DNA from: Actinomycetes bacterium
GTDB taxonomy: Bacteria > Actinomycetota > Thermoleophilia > BMS3ABIN01
Direction of reading: 5' to 3'
Assembly (NCBI GenBank): GCA_021787475.1
Contig: JAJYLW010000009.1
Coordinates: 7,722 to 71,721, forward strand
DNA: 64,000 nt
This document shows, one piece after another, positions 42,059 to 50,283 of the stretch; the stretch's first letter is position 1; every line of letters begins with the position of its first letter. A program made the position numbers and the translations under genes. The notes below the pieces were generated by a model. It worked only from the letters and a program-made list of their open reading frames with translations. It did not search any database and was not told the DNA's origin.

Positions 42059-42308
42059 CAAGAACGAGAAAGTAGTGCCATTCCAACCGCAAGGGCCATT
42101 TAGCCTTGAGGCCAAGAAGCGATGGAACAAAATACCAAAGTGGGCGCAGTCAAGAATATTGGAACATGTCTGGTGTGTTGAATGCCGCGTCGGCGTTTCC
42201 ATCATTCTGGAAACCGCCGAAATGCAGGACGATGATCTTCTCCTTCGAGGAAAATGCAAAACCTGTGGGCATGAAGTCTGCCGCCTCGTTGAACCCGAGG
42301 CTGATTGA
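42039..42308 (+). CDS. small zinc-ribbon protein (CxxC...CxxC)
   Basis: 89 aa with CVEC...CKTCGHEVC. Confidence 0.35.
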   Translation: MMTGKNDKNEKVVPFQPQGPFSLEAKKRWNKIPKWAQSRILEHVWCVECRVGVSIILETAEMQDDDLLLRGKCKTCGHEVCRLVEPEAD

Positions 42309-42366
42309 ACCCCTAATCAATCTGACACGAAGGGATTACCCGCAACAACCGCCTCAAAATATTAAG

Positions 42367-42447
42367 CTCAAAGTTCGAATACCGTTGCACCGCCTCCACC
42401 ATCATTCGCACCTCTGAAAATGCCGGGGTATAGGGATGTGCATTCCG
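42367..42447. repeat. remnant junction: tRNA-like 3' end + TSD-like 14-mer + solo TIR terminus
   Basis: CGCCTCCACCATCATTCGCACCTCTGAAAATGCCGGGGTATAGGGATGTGCA duplicates 25817-25868 (52/52). The continuation ...TTCCGGCGACCAC resembles the inner sequence of TIR-R rather than TIR-L. Confidence 0.6.
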
Positions 42448-42507
42448 GCGACCACTTTTGACCCCCCCACCCATCATCCACTTATCAAGCATTTCTGTCA
42501 TAGTTTT

Positions 42508-42577
42508 GGCTAGCCCCCTGGATTTGATACCGACAAATAGTAACTTTCAATGTGGTATCAAATCCAGGGGGCTAGCC
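42508..42577. repeat. perfect 24-bp-stem inverted repeat (hairpin) with 22-nt loop
   Basis: GGCTAGCCCCCTGGATTTGATACC-N22-GGTATCAAATCCAGGGGGCTAGCC. Confidence 0.8.
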
Positions 42578-42700
42578 AGCCTTCCTTTCCCTCGAAATTT
42601 GCTTGGCATGTTCGGAATAGTGTTTGGAAAGAGCAATTGGAGGAATTGCCGAGCGGAAATCAGACAGGAATAAATAGCAAAATTTGCAGATAAAAAGTAG

Positions 42701-42776
42701 TGGTGGGCGATGGCGGATTTGAACCACCGACCCCCTGCTTGTAAGGCAGGTGCTCTCCCGCTGAGCTAATCGCCCA
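42701..42776 (-). tRNA. tRNA-Val (anticodon TAC)
   Basis: Cloverleaf GGGCGATTAGCTCAGCGGGAGAGCACCTGCCTTACAAGCAGG...GGTTCAAATCC...CGCCCACCA with encoded CCA. Confidence 0.85.
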
Positions 42777-42853
42777 TAAACAGGATGGTGAATGGTGGAC
42801 CCTGGATTGTAGATGTCTACCATCTACCATCCACTATCTGCCGTCTGCTTTTT

Positions 42854-42929
42854 TGGTGCCCCCAGGGGAATTCGAATCCCCGCCGCCGCCTTGAAAGGGC
42901 GGTGTCCTAGGCCACTAGACGATGGGGGC
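42854..42929 (-). tRNA. tRNA-Glu (anticodon TTC)
   Basis: GCCCCCATCGTCTAGTGGCCTAGGACACCGCCCTTTCAAGGCGG...GGGATTCGAATTCCC...GGGGGCACCA. Confidence 0.85.
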
Positions 42930-43034
42930 AAAAACCAGAGGGTGGAGGTAGATTATGGATCGTGGAAAACGATTCTTCACCTCGCGCAGAATGGCAAACT
43001 AGATTCATCCGCCATCCACCATCTGCCATCTGTT

Positions 43035-43110
43035 TGGTGAGCCGTACTGGACTCGAACCAGTGACACCCGGATTAAAAGTCCGGTGCTCTACCAACTGAG
43101 CTAACGGCCC
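43035..43110 (-). tRNA. tRNA-Lys (anticodon TTT)
   Basis: GGGCCGTTAGCTCAGTTGGTAGAGCACCGGACTTTTAATCCGG...GGTTCGAGTCC...GGCTCACCA. Confidence 0.85.
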
Positions 43111-43361
43111 TAAAGCAGATCCTGGATTCTAGACCCTGGATTCTGGGTAGGGCCTTTCATCCGGCATCCAGCATCCGGTTGTTGAGTGTACTATAGCTGC
43201 GCGCCCGCAGCAAAATTGAAACAGCGCCGAGCCACGAAAAGTGTTACCGTATTATCCAATATCCAAGGTCCAACATCCAGCATCCGCTTCACGCTTCACT
43301 TTGCCCCAAAGCGGGGAATATCAAAACGTGATAAACCGGAATCATTTTTAAGCAGGAAAGG

Positions 43362-45410
43362 ATGAATATGGGCGAGACGGAAGACTTGGATCAGCGCTGC
43401 ATCAATACTATCAGGTTTCTGGCGGTGGATGCGGTTCAGAAGGCCAACTCCGGGCATCCGGGCATGCCGATGGGCGCAGCTCCGATGGCGTACGTCCTTT
43501 GGACCAAATTCCTTAAATACGATCCTGATGATCCTCACTGGCCCAACCGGGACCGGTTTATCCTTTCCGCCGGGCATGCCTCCATGCTGCTATATGCGCT
43601 ACTCTACCTGACCGGGTACAAAAACATGACAATGGAGCAGATCAGGAGCTTCCGCCAGTTCGGCAGCATTACGCCGGGCCATCCCGAGAGCCTGCTGGCG
43701 GACGGCATCGAGGTGACGACGGGGCCGCTCGGCCAAGGATTTGGCAACGGCGTGGGCATGGCCATTACTGAGCGCTACCTGGCCGCGCTTTACAACACGC
43801 CCGATCACAATATCAGTGACCATTACACTTATGCCATCACCAGCGATGGGGACCTGATGGAGGGGATCTCGTCCGAGGCGGCCTCAATCGCCGGCCACCT
43901 GGGCCTGGGCAAGCTCGTTTACCTATATGACGACAACCATGTTTCCATCGAGGGCAGCACGAATCTGGCGTTCACCGAGGACCGCGGCCGCCGCTTCGAG
44001 GCTTACGGCTGGCACGTGGAGCATGTTGAGGACGGCAACGATCTGGCCGAGATCGAGACGGCAATTGAGGCGGCAAGGCTGGAGCTGGAGCGGCCTTCCC
44101 TTGTCATCGTCCGCACCCATATCGGCTACGGCAGCCCCCACAAGCAGGACACTGCCGCCGCCCACGGGGAGCCGCTGGGAGCCGAGGAAGTGAAGCTGAC
44201 GAAAGAGGCGCTGGGATGGCCGTTGGAGCCGGAGTTCCTCGTGCCGGATGACGTGCTCGCTCATTTCCGGGAGGCGAGAAGCAGGGGAAAACTGCTTAAT
44301 GGCGAATGGCAGAGCCGCTTCTCTGCCTTCGAGCAGGACATGCCCGAGGAGGCGTCCCGCTTTCGGGCGGCGCTAAAAAAGGAACTGCCAAAAGGCTGGG
44401 ATGACAGCCTGCCTGCGTTTGAGCAGAAGGATGGGCCTCTGGCCACCCGGGTGGCATCGGGCAAATGCATCAATGCGCTGGCGCCAAAGCTGCCCCAGTT
44501 GCTAGGGGGATCGGCGGACCTGGCGCCGTCAACGATCACCCTGATCGAGGGCGGGGGTGATTTCGAGCCGGGCCAAGTTGGACGCAACTTTCATTTCGGC
44601 GTGCGGGAGCACGGCATGGGCGCCATAGTCAACGGCATGGCCCAGCATGGCGGCGTCATCCCTTACGGAGCCACCTTTCTGATTTTCTCCGATTACATGC
44701 GGGCTTCGATCAGGATCGGGGCACTGCAGCAGGCGCCTGCCATCTGGATATTCACGCATGACAGCATCGGCCTGGGAGAGGACGGCCCCACCCACCAGCC
44801 GGTTGAGCACCTGATGTCGCTGCGGGCGATGCCGGGGCTCGTTTTGATCCGCCCCGCCGACGCCCGTGAGACAGCCGCAGCTTGGCGCGCGGCAATAAAG
44901 CTGTACGGGCGCGGCGTGCCGGTGGCAATGGCGCTCACCCGTCAGAAGCTTCCGGTGCTGGAGGAGGCGAACACGGCCGGCGCGGCCAGGGGAGCGTATG
45001 TAATCACGGAGGCGGAGGGCGGCAGCGGCGCTATGGACGTCATCCTGATTGCCACCGGGTCGGAAGTGCACGTGGCCCTGGAAGCGAAACAATTGCTTCA
45101 GGAAAGAAAAGTTCAGGCGCGCGTCGTCAGCATGCCCAGCTGGGAGCTGTTTGAGGAGCAAGATGAGTCGTACCGCGAGTCAGTTTTGCCGTCCCGGGTG
45201 ACCGCCCGCGTCTCCGTGGAGGCTGGGGCCACCTTTGGCTGGAGCCGGTACGCAGGCGACAGCGGCGTCTCGGTGGGAATCGACCGCTTCGGCGCCTCGG
45301 CTCCGGGGGATGTTGTCATGGACAAGCTGGGCATCAACGCCGCAAATGTGGCGTCTCGCGCTCTGGAGCTGGTCGCGCACGAGCCGGGAAAGGCGGCGTG
45401 GGATCTGTAG
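43362..45410 (+). CDS. tkt: transketolase
   Basis: 682 aa with the N-terminal TPP-binding signature ([18 protein letters not shown]) and the transketolase pyrimidine and C-terminal domains. Confidence 0.95.
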   Translation: MNMGETEDLDQRCINTIRFLAVDAVQKANSGHPGMPMGAAPMAYVLWTKFLKYDPDDPHWPNRDRFILSAGHASMLLYALLYLTGYKNMTMEQIRSFRQFGSITPGHPESLLADGIEVTTGPLGQGFGNGVGMAITERYLAALYNTPDHNISDHYTYAITSDGDLMEGISSEAASIAGHLGLGKLVYLYDDNHVSIEGSTNLAFTEDRGRRFEAYGWHVEHVEDGNDLAEIETAIEAARLELERPSLVIVRTHIGYGSPHKQDTAAAHGEPLGAEEVKLTKEALGWPLEPEFLVPDDVLAHFREARSRGKLLNGEWQSRFSAFEQDMPEEASRFRAALKKELPKGWDDSLPAFEQKDGPLATRVASGKCINALAPKLPQLLGGSADLAPSTITLIEGGGDFEPGQVGRNFHFGVREHGMGAIVNGMAQHGGVIPYGATFLIFSDYMRASIRIGALQQAPAIWIFTHDSIGLGEDGPTHQPVEHLMSLRAMPGLVLIRPADARETAAAWRAAIKLYGRGVPVAMALTRQKLPVLEEANTAGAARGAYVITEAEGGSGAMDVILIATGSEVHVALEAKQLLQERKVQARVVSMPSWELFEEQDESYRESVLPSRVTARVSVEAGATFGWSRYAGDSGVSVGIDRFGASAPGDVVMDKLGINAANVASRALELVAHEPGKAAWDL

Positions 45411-45461
45411 GGCGCGCATGCTGTGCCCCAACGGCTCCGAAAGCCGGCGCTGCTTGGGAAC

Positions 45462-47003
45462 CTAATGCAAGAAGTGGCGCACTTTGGTGAAGATCATGGC
45501 GACGTCGCGGTCATCGCAGACTTTGATCGCTTCCTCGTCGCGGTTGGCCCCCCCTGGCTGGATGACGCAGGTGACGCCCCGTGAGATAAGCAAGTCCAGA
45601 GCATCGGTAAAAGGGAAAAATGCGTCAGAACCGCATGAAGCGGCCTCGAGGTCATCCTGAGCCTTGTGCAGCGCCAGATTTGCGGCGTCAACCCGGCTCA
45701 TCTGACCGGCGCCGATGCCGGCGGTCGCCAGGCCTTTGGCGACGACAATTGCGTTTGAGCGGGCATGCTTGGCTACGCGCCAGGCAAACAGGGCGTCGCC
45801 CCACTCGTCTTCGCTCGGATGGCGCCTGGTGACGACCTTCATGTTCTCGCGCTCGTCGATGCCGGAATCCTTGTCCTGAACCAGCATGCCGCCCATGACG
45901 CGCTTGTAATCCGGCTCCCCGGTAACAGCCTTACGGCGCTCTTCATTGACCAGCAGCCTGATTCGGGGTTTTTTGGTCAGAATCTCGACCGCCTCGGCAG
46001 TGAAGCCGGGGGCGACCAGCACCTCGATAAACTTCTTCGCCATCGGCTCGGCAAGCTCTTCGTCAATGATCCTGTTGACGGCCACGACCGAGCCGAAGGC
46101 GCTGATCGGGTCGGCCGCCCAGGCTTTTCGGTAAGCGCGGACGATGTCTTCGGCCACGGCGACGCCACACGGGTTGTTATGCTTGATGACGACGGCCGCG
46201 GGCAGCGAGAACTCCCGCAGCAGCTCGCGGGCGCTGTTCAAGTCGAGCAGATTGTTAAATCCGAGCTCGATGCCGTGCAGTTGGGTGACGCGGCTGAGCA
46301 GGTGGCGGCGGGCGGCGACCTCGGCGTAATATGCGGCCCGCTGGTGAGGGTTTTCGCCATACCGGAGCGGCTGCACTCTCTCGAAGTCCAGCAGCATGAA
46401 GGGAGGAAAATCGTCGGCGCCCTCGCTGAACCAGTTGGCGATCACGGTGTCGTAGTGGGCGATGCTGTGGAATGTCTGCGTCGCCAGCCGCCGCAGCGTC
46501 GCCGCGCTCAGCTGATTGTCGTTTGACTTCATTTCCTCAATGACGTCAGGATAGCTGCGCGGATCGGTTACCACGGCGACGCTCTTGAAATTCTTGGCCG
46601 CCGCCCGCACCATTGTCGGCCCGCCGATGTCAATGTTTTCAATAATCTCTTCCTCGCTGACGCCACGCCGGCCGGAAACCTCCTCGAAAGGATACAGATT
46701 AACTACCACCATATCAATTGGCTTGATGCTATGCTCCTTCAGTGTCAGCATGTGCTGGTGCTTGTCGCGGTCGGCCAGCAGCGCGGCGTGGATGTGGGGA
46801 TGGAGCGTCTTGACGCGGCCGTCAAGAATCTCGGGGAAGCCGGTGACATCGCTGATGGGAATGACGTTTACGCCATTTTCCGCAAGGAAGCTGGCGGTGC
46901 CGCCGGTGGAGATGATCTCCACTCCCAGGTCCGCCAACGACTGCGCGAATTTATCGAGGCCGATCTTGTTGGAAACAGAGATGAGCGCGCGTTTGACTTT
47001 CAA
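45462..47003 (-). CDS. purH: bifunctional AICAR formyltransferase / IMP cyclohydrolase
   Basis: MGS-like N-domain (ALISVSNKIGL..., GGTASFL) and AICARFT domain. Confidence 0.95.
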   Translation of the reverse strand: MKVKRALISVSNKIGLDKFAQSLADLGVEIISTGGTASFLAENGVNVIPISDVTGFPEILDGRVKTLHPHIHAALLADRDKHQHMLTLKEHSIKPIDMVVVNLYPFEEVSGRRGVSEEEIIENIDIGGPTMVRAAAKNFKSVAVVTDPRSYPDVIEEMKSNDNQLSAATLRRLATQTFHSIAHYDTVIANWFSEGADDFPPFMLLDFERVQPLRYGENPHQRAAYYAEVAARRHLLSRVTQLHGIELGFNNLLDLNSARELLREFSLPAAVVIKHNNPCGVAVAEDIVRAYRKAWAADPISAFGSVVAVNRIIDEELAEPMAKKFIEVLVAPGFTAEAVEILTKKPRIRLLVNEERRKAVTGEPDYKRVMGGMLVQDKDSGIDERENMKVVTRRHPSEDEWGDALFAWRVAKHARSNAIVVAKGLATAGIGAGQMSRVDAANLALHKAQDDLEAASCGSDAFFPFTDALDLLISRGVTCVIQPGGANRDEEAIKVCDDRDVAMIFTKVRHFLH

Positions 47004-47091
47004 TTGGACCTCCCCAGCGATGTCTCTGAAACTAATAACATTGATAGCCCTCCCCCGATCCCCTCACGTGGGAATCAAAAATCATCGAAAA

Positions 47092-47751
47092 TTATGGCTT
47101 TCCTGAACAAACAATGACCCGGCGCGGGTTATTTTCATCGATGCTGACGCGGCCGGCGGCGATCAGCTCGATTGCCTGCGGCAGCAGCCGGTGCTCGACC
47201 GCGTGAATCCGGGCGGCCAGGCTCTCAACCGTGTCATTATATGCTATGTCCACGGCTTCTTGTAGAATGACGGGACCGGTGTCGGTGCCTTCGTCAACAA
47301 AATGGACGGTGACGCCGGTGATGCGGACGCCGTAGGCGAGGGCCTCCTCGATGCCATGGGCGCCGGGAAAAGACGGCAGCAGCGCCGGATGCAGGTTGAT
47401 GACGCGCAGGGGGAAGCGCTCCAGCAGGGCCGCCGTCATCACCCGCATGTATCCGGCCATCACCACCAGCTTCACACCCCGGCGCTCCAGTTCGGCGGCG
47501 ATGGCAAGGTCGTGCTCACGGCGGCCGGCATATTCCTCAGGCTTAATGACAGCGGCGGGAATGCCGGCCTGCTCCGCCCGTTTAAGGCCGTAGGCGTCCG
47601 GCCTGTCGCTGATAGCCACGGCCACCTCGATCTCCGCCGGTCCCTGGTGCAGTTTGTCAATGATGCTCTGCAGATTGGTGCCGGAGCCGGAGACCAGCAC
47701 TCCCAGGCGAAAGGCGCTGCGCCGTCTTTGGTCTTTCAGCTCAACCGCCAT
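47092..47751 (-). CDS. purN: phosphoribosylglycinamide formyltransferase
   Basis: RLGVLVSGSGTNLQSIID... followed by the formyl-transferase N-domain. Start MAVELKD at 47751 overlaps the purM stop; the longer ORF up to 48000 is an upstream extension inside purM. Confidence 0.9.
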   Translation of the reverse strand: MAVELKDQRRRSAFRLGVLVSGSGTNLQSIIDKLHQGPAEIEVAVAISDRPDAYGLKRAEQAGIPAAVIKPEEYAGRREHDLAIAAELERRGVKLVVMAGYMRVMTAALLERFPLRVINLHPALLPSFPGAHGIEEALAYGVRITGVTVHFVDEGTDTGPVILQEAVDIAYNDTVESLAARIHAVEHRLLPQAIELIAAGRVSIDENNPRRVIVCSGKP

Positions 47752-48706
47752 TGACAAATTCAAACCTGTTTTCGCCGGCCTGGACGCTGCCGATCGCCAC
47801 TGCGCCCGGCACCGCCGCCAGCGCTTTTTGCCGGCAACCGGCGGGGACAACGGCAGCGTAGCCGATTCCCACGTTAAAGGTGCGGCGCATCTCGGCGACA
47901 TCCACATTCCCCAGCCGCTCCAGCAGGGCGAACAGGGGTGGCGGCTGCCAGGCGGAAAGATCGACGCGGGCCTTGAGCCCGTCCGGGATGGCGCGGGCAA
48001 TGTTTTCCGCGAGGCCGCCGCCGGTGATATGGGCCATCGCGCGCACCCTGCAGGCGGCCATTAACGCTTTCACCTGGGAGGTGTAGATCACGGTTGGCTC
48101 CAGCAGGATGTCGCCAGCGCGGCCCAGCCCCGGCAGCTCGTCATCATAGGAAATTCTGTTGACCTCAAGTATTTTTCTGACCAGCGAGAAGCCATTGCTG
48201 TGGATGCCGCTTGATGGCAGGCCGATAATGACATCGCCGGCCCTTACTCCGCCGGGCTCGACAAGCTTCTCCTTCTCCACCACCCCAACGGCAAAACCGG
48301 CCAGGTCGAACTGGCCGCCTCGGTAAAGGTCGGGCATCTCCGCCGTCTCCCCGCCCAGAAGGGCGCAGCCGGCGCGGCGGCAACCCTCGGCGACGCCCTC
48401 AACCAGCGCCGCCGCTTTCTCGGGGTCAAGCCGGCCCACGGCCAGGTAGTCAAGGAAGAAGAGCGGCTGGGCGCCGGTGGTGATAAGGTCATTTACAGAC
48501 ATGGCGACCAGGTCGATGCCGACGCTGCCGTAACGGCCCATCGCCTCGGCGACAAGCACCTTGGTGCCGACGCCGTCGGTGGCGGCCGCCAGCACGGGCA
48601 TTTTCATCTCGGGCGGCTCGACCAGACCGGCAAATCCGCCCAGCCCGCCGATAACGCGGACATTGCCGGCGGTAGAGGCAACTGCGGCGCTGATCCGCCT
48701 TACCAC
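47741..48706 (-). CDS. purM: phosphoribosylformylglycinamidine cyclo-ligase (AIR synthetase)
   Basis: GGLGGFAGL and AIRS C-domain motifs. Homology (LDYAGAGVSIDAGAEVV) continues about 20 codons upstream of the GTG at 48706 without a canonical start, overlapping the purF 3' end. Confidence 0.85.
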   Translation of the reverse strand: MVRRISAAVASTAGNVRVIGGLGGFAGLVEPPEMKMPVLAAATDGVGTKVLVAEAMGRYGSVGIDLVAMSVNDLITTGAQPLFFLDYLAVGRLDPEKAAALVEGVAEGCRRAGCALLGGETAEMPDLYRGGQFDLAGFAVGVVEKEKLVEPGGVRAGDVIIGLPSSGIHSNGFSLVRKILEVNRISYDDELPGLGRAGDILLEPTVIYTSQVKALMAACRVRAMAHITGGGLAENIARAIPDGLKARVDLSAWQPPPLFALLERLGNVDVAEMRRTFNVGIGYAAVVPAGCRQKALAAVPGAVAIGSVQAGENRFEFVNGG

Positions 48707-48771
48707 CTCGGCGCCGGCGTCAATGCTGACGCCCGCGCCGGCGTAGTCAAGACGGCCTTTCCCGCCGCCGC

Positions 48772-50241
48772 TTATGCTACCGGCTCCTTTTTGACGCTGG
48801 CCCCGGGGGCGTCCCGCTCCACCTGCTCGAACCGGTGCTTGCTTCCCCTGACATCTTCCGGGATGTCAATGGGGTAACGGCCGGTGAAGCAGGCGCGGCA
48901 GAAGCGCTCCGGCGGCAGCCCCACCGCCCGCTGCAGCCCATCCAGGGTAATGTATTCCAGCGAAGTCGCGCCCACATGGCGGCGGATCCCGTCAATGTCT
49001 TTCTCCGACGCGATCAGCTCCGTGGTGGTGGAGGTGTCGATGCCAAAGAAGCAGGGATGGGTTATCGGAGGTGAGCTGATGCGCAGATGCACCTCCCTGG
49101 CGCCGGCCGCGAACAGCATCTGCACGATCTTGCTGGTGGTGTTGCCGCGGACGATGGAATCGTCGACGACCACCAGCCGCTTGCCCTTGATCAACTCGGC
49201 CAGCGGATTGAGCTTGACGCGGATGCCGTGCTGGCGCAGATCCTGGTCCGGCTGGATAAAAGTGCGGCCCACATAACGGTTCTTGATCAGGCCCTCGCCG
49301 TAAGCGATGCCGCTTTCCCGGGCAAAGCCGATGGCGGCGGGCGTGCCGGTGTCGGGAATGGGGATCGCCATGTCGGCATCGACCGGAAACTCGCGCGCCA
49401 GTTCCTCGCCCATGCGGTTGCGGATGCGCGACACGGTCTGTCCCTCGATCATCGAGTCGGGCCGGGCGAAATAGATGAACTCAAAGATGCACAACCCCTG
49501 GTCGCGGGCCGGCGGCACCACCTGATGCAACTCCATCTTCCCCGGCTTAAGCACAACCATCTGGCCAGGCTCCACTTCCTGGACAAAGCTGGCGCCAACG
49601 ATGTCAAGGCCGCAGCTCTCGGACGCGATCATGAAATTGCCGTCTTCCAGCCTGCCAACGCAGAGCGGCCGCACCCCCCAGGGATCACGGAACCCGACCA
49701 CGACTCCCTGGCTCAGGAGCACCACCGAGAAGGCGCCGCTGATCTGAGGCATTACCGCCGCCACCGCGGCCGGGATGTCCGGCGCCGGGTTGGTGGCGAT
49801 CAGCGCCGCCAGCAACTCGCTGTCGCTGGTGGTGGTGAATTTGACATCATGGCCGGAAAGTAATTGTCTCAGCTCAGCCGTGTTGACGATATTGCCGTTG
49901 TGCGCCAGGGCGACCGTGTGCCCGTCGCGGACGTGGCAGACAGGCTGGGCGTTGCACCAGCGCGTCGAGCCGGTGGTGGAGTAGCGGACGTGGCCGATAG
50001 CCGCCTGCCCCGAGAGGCTTTTCAGCGTCTCTTCCTTGAAGACCTGTGACACGAGGCCCATGTCTTTAAAGACGGTCAGGTGGCCGTTGTCGGAGACAGC
50101 GATGCCGGCGCTCTCCTGGCCGCGGTGCTGCAGGGCAAACAGGGAGAAGAAGGCCAGCCGGCTGACGTCGCGCCCTGGGGCGCTTAAGCCGACGATGCCG
50201 CAGGCTTCTTCTGGCTTGTCATGTTCAAGAACTATGGCCAC
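48772..50241 (-). CDS. purF: amidophosphoribosyltransferase
   Basis: 11-residue propeptide, then the catalytic CGIVG. Ntn-GATase domain + PRTase domain + C-terminal Cys cluster (Fe-S type). Confidence 0.95.
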   Translation of the reverse strand: MAIVLEHDKPEEACGIVGLSAPGRDVSRLAFFSLFALQHRGQESAGIAVSDNGHLTVFKDMGLVSQVFKEETLKSLSGQAAIGHVRYSTTGSTRWCNAQPVCHVRDGHTVALAHNGNIVNTAELRQLLSGHDVKFTTTSDSELLAALIATNPAPDIPAAVAAVMPQISGAFSVVLLSQGVVVGFRDPWGVRPLCVGRLEDGNFMIASESCGLDIVGASFVQEVEPGQMVVLKPGKMELHQVVPPARDQGLCIFEFIYFARPDSMIEGQTVSRIRNRMGEELAREFPVDADMAIPIPDTGTPAAIGFARESGIAYGEGLIKNRYVGRTFIQPDQDLRQHGIRVKLNPLAELIKGKRLVVVDDSIVRGNTTSKIVQMLFAAGAREVHLRISSPPITHPCFFGIDTSTTTELIASEKDIDGIRRHVGATSLEYITLDGLQRAVGLPPERFCRACFTGRYPIDIPEDVRGSKHRFEQVERDAPGASVKKEPVA

Positions 50242-50283
50242 AACGCCTCATACTCGTATGCCCGCATCCATACCAGATCCGTG

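Noticed and set aside
25828-42450. Integrase-mediated genomic island or pipolin (piPolB element) at ssrA
   Set aside because: No tyrosine or serine recombinase ORF is present. The boundaries are inverted repeats with a 14-bp TSD rather than a direct-repeat att core spanning the tmRNA 3' end, and the element encodes Cas1.
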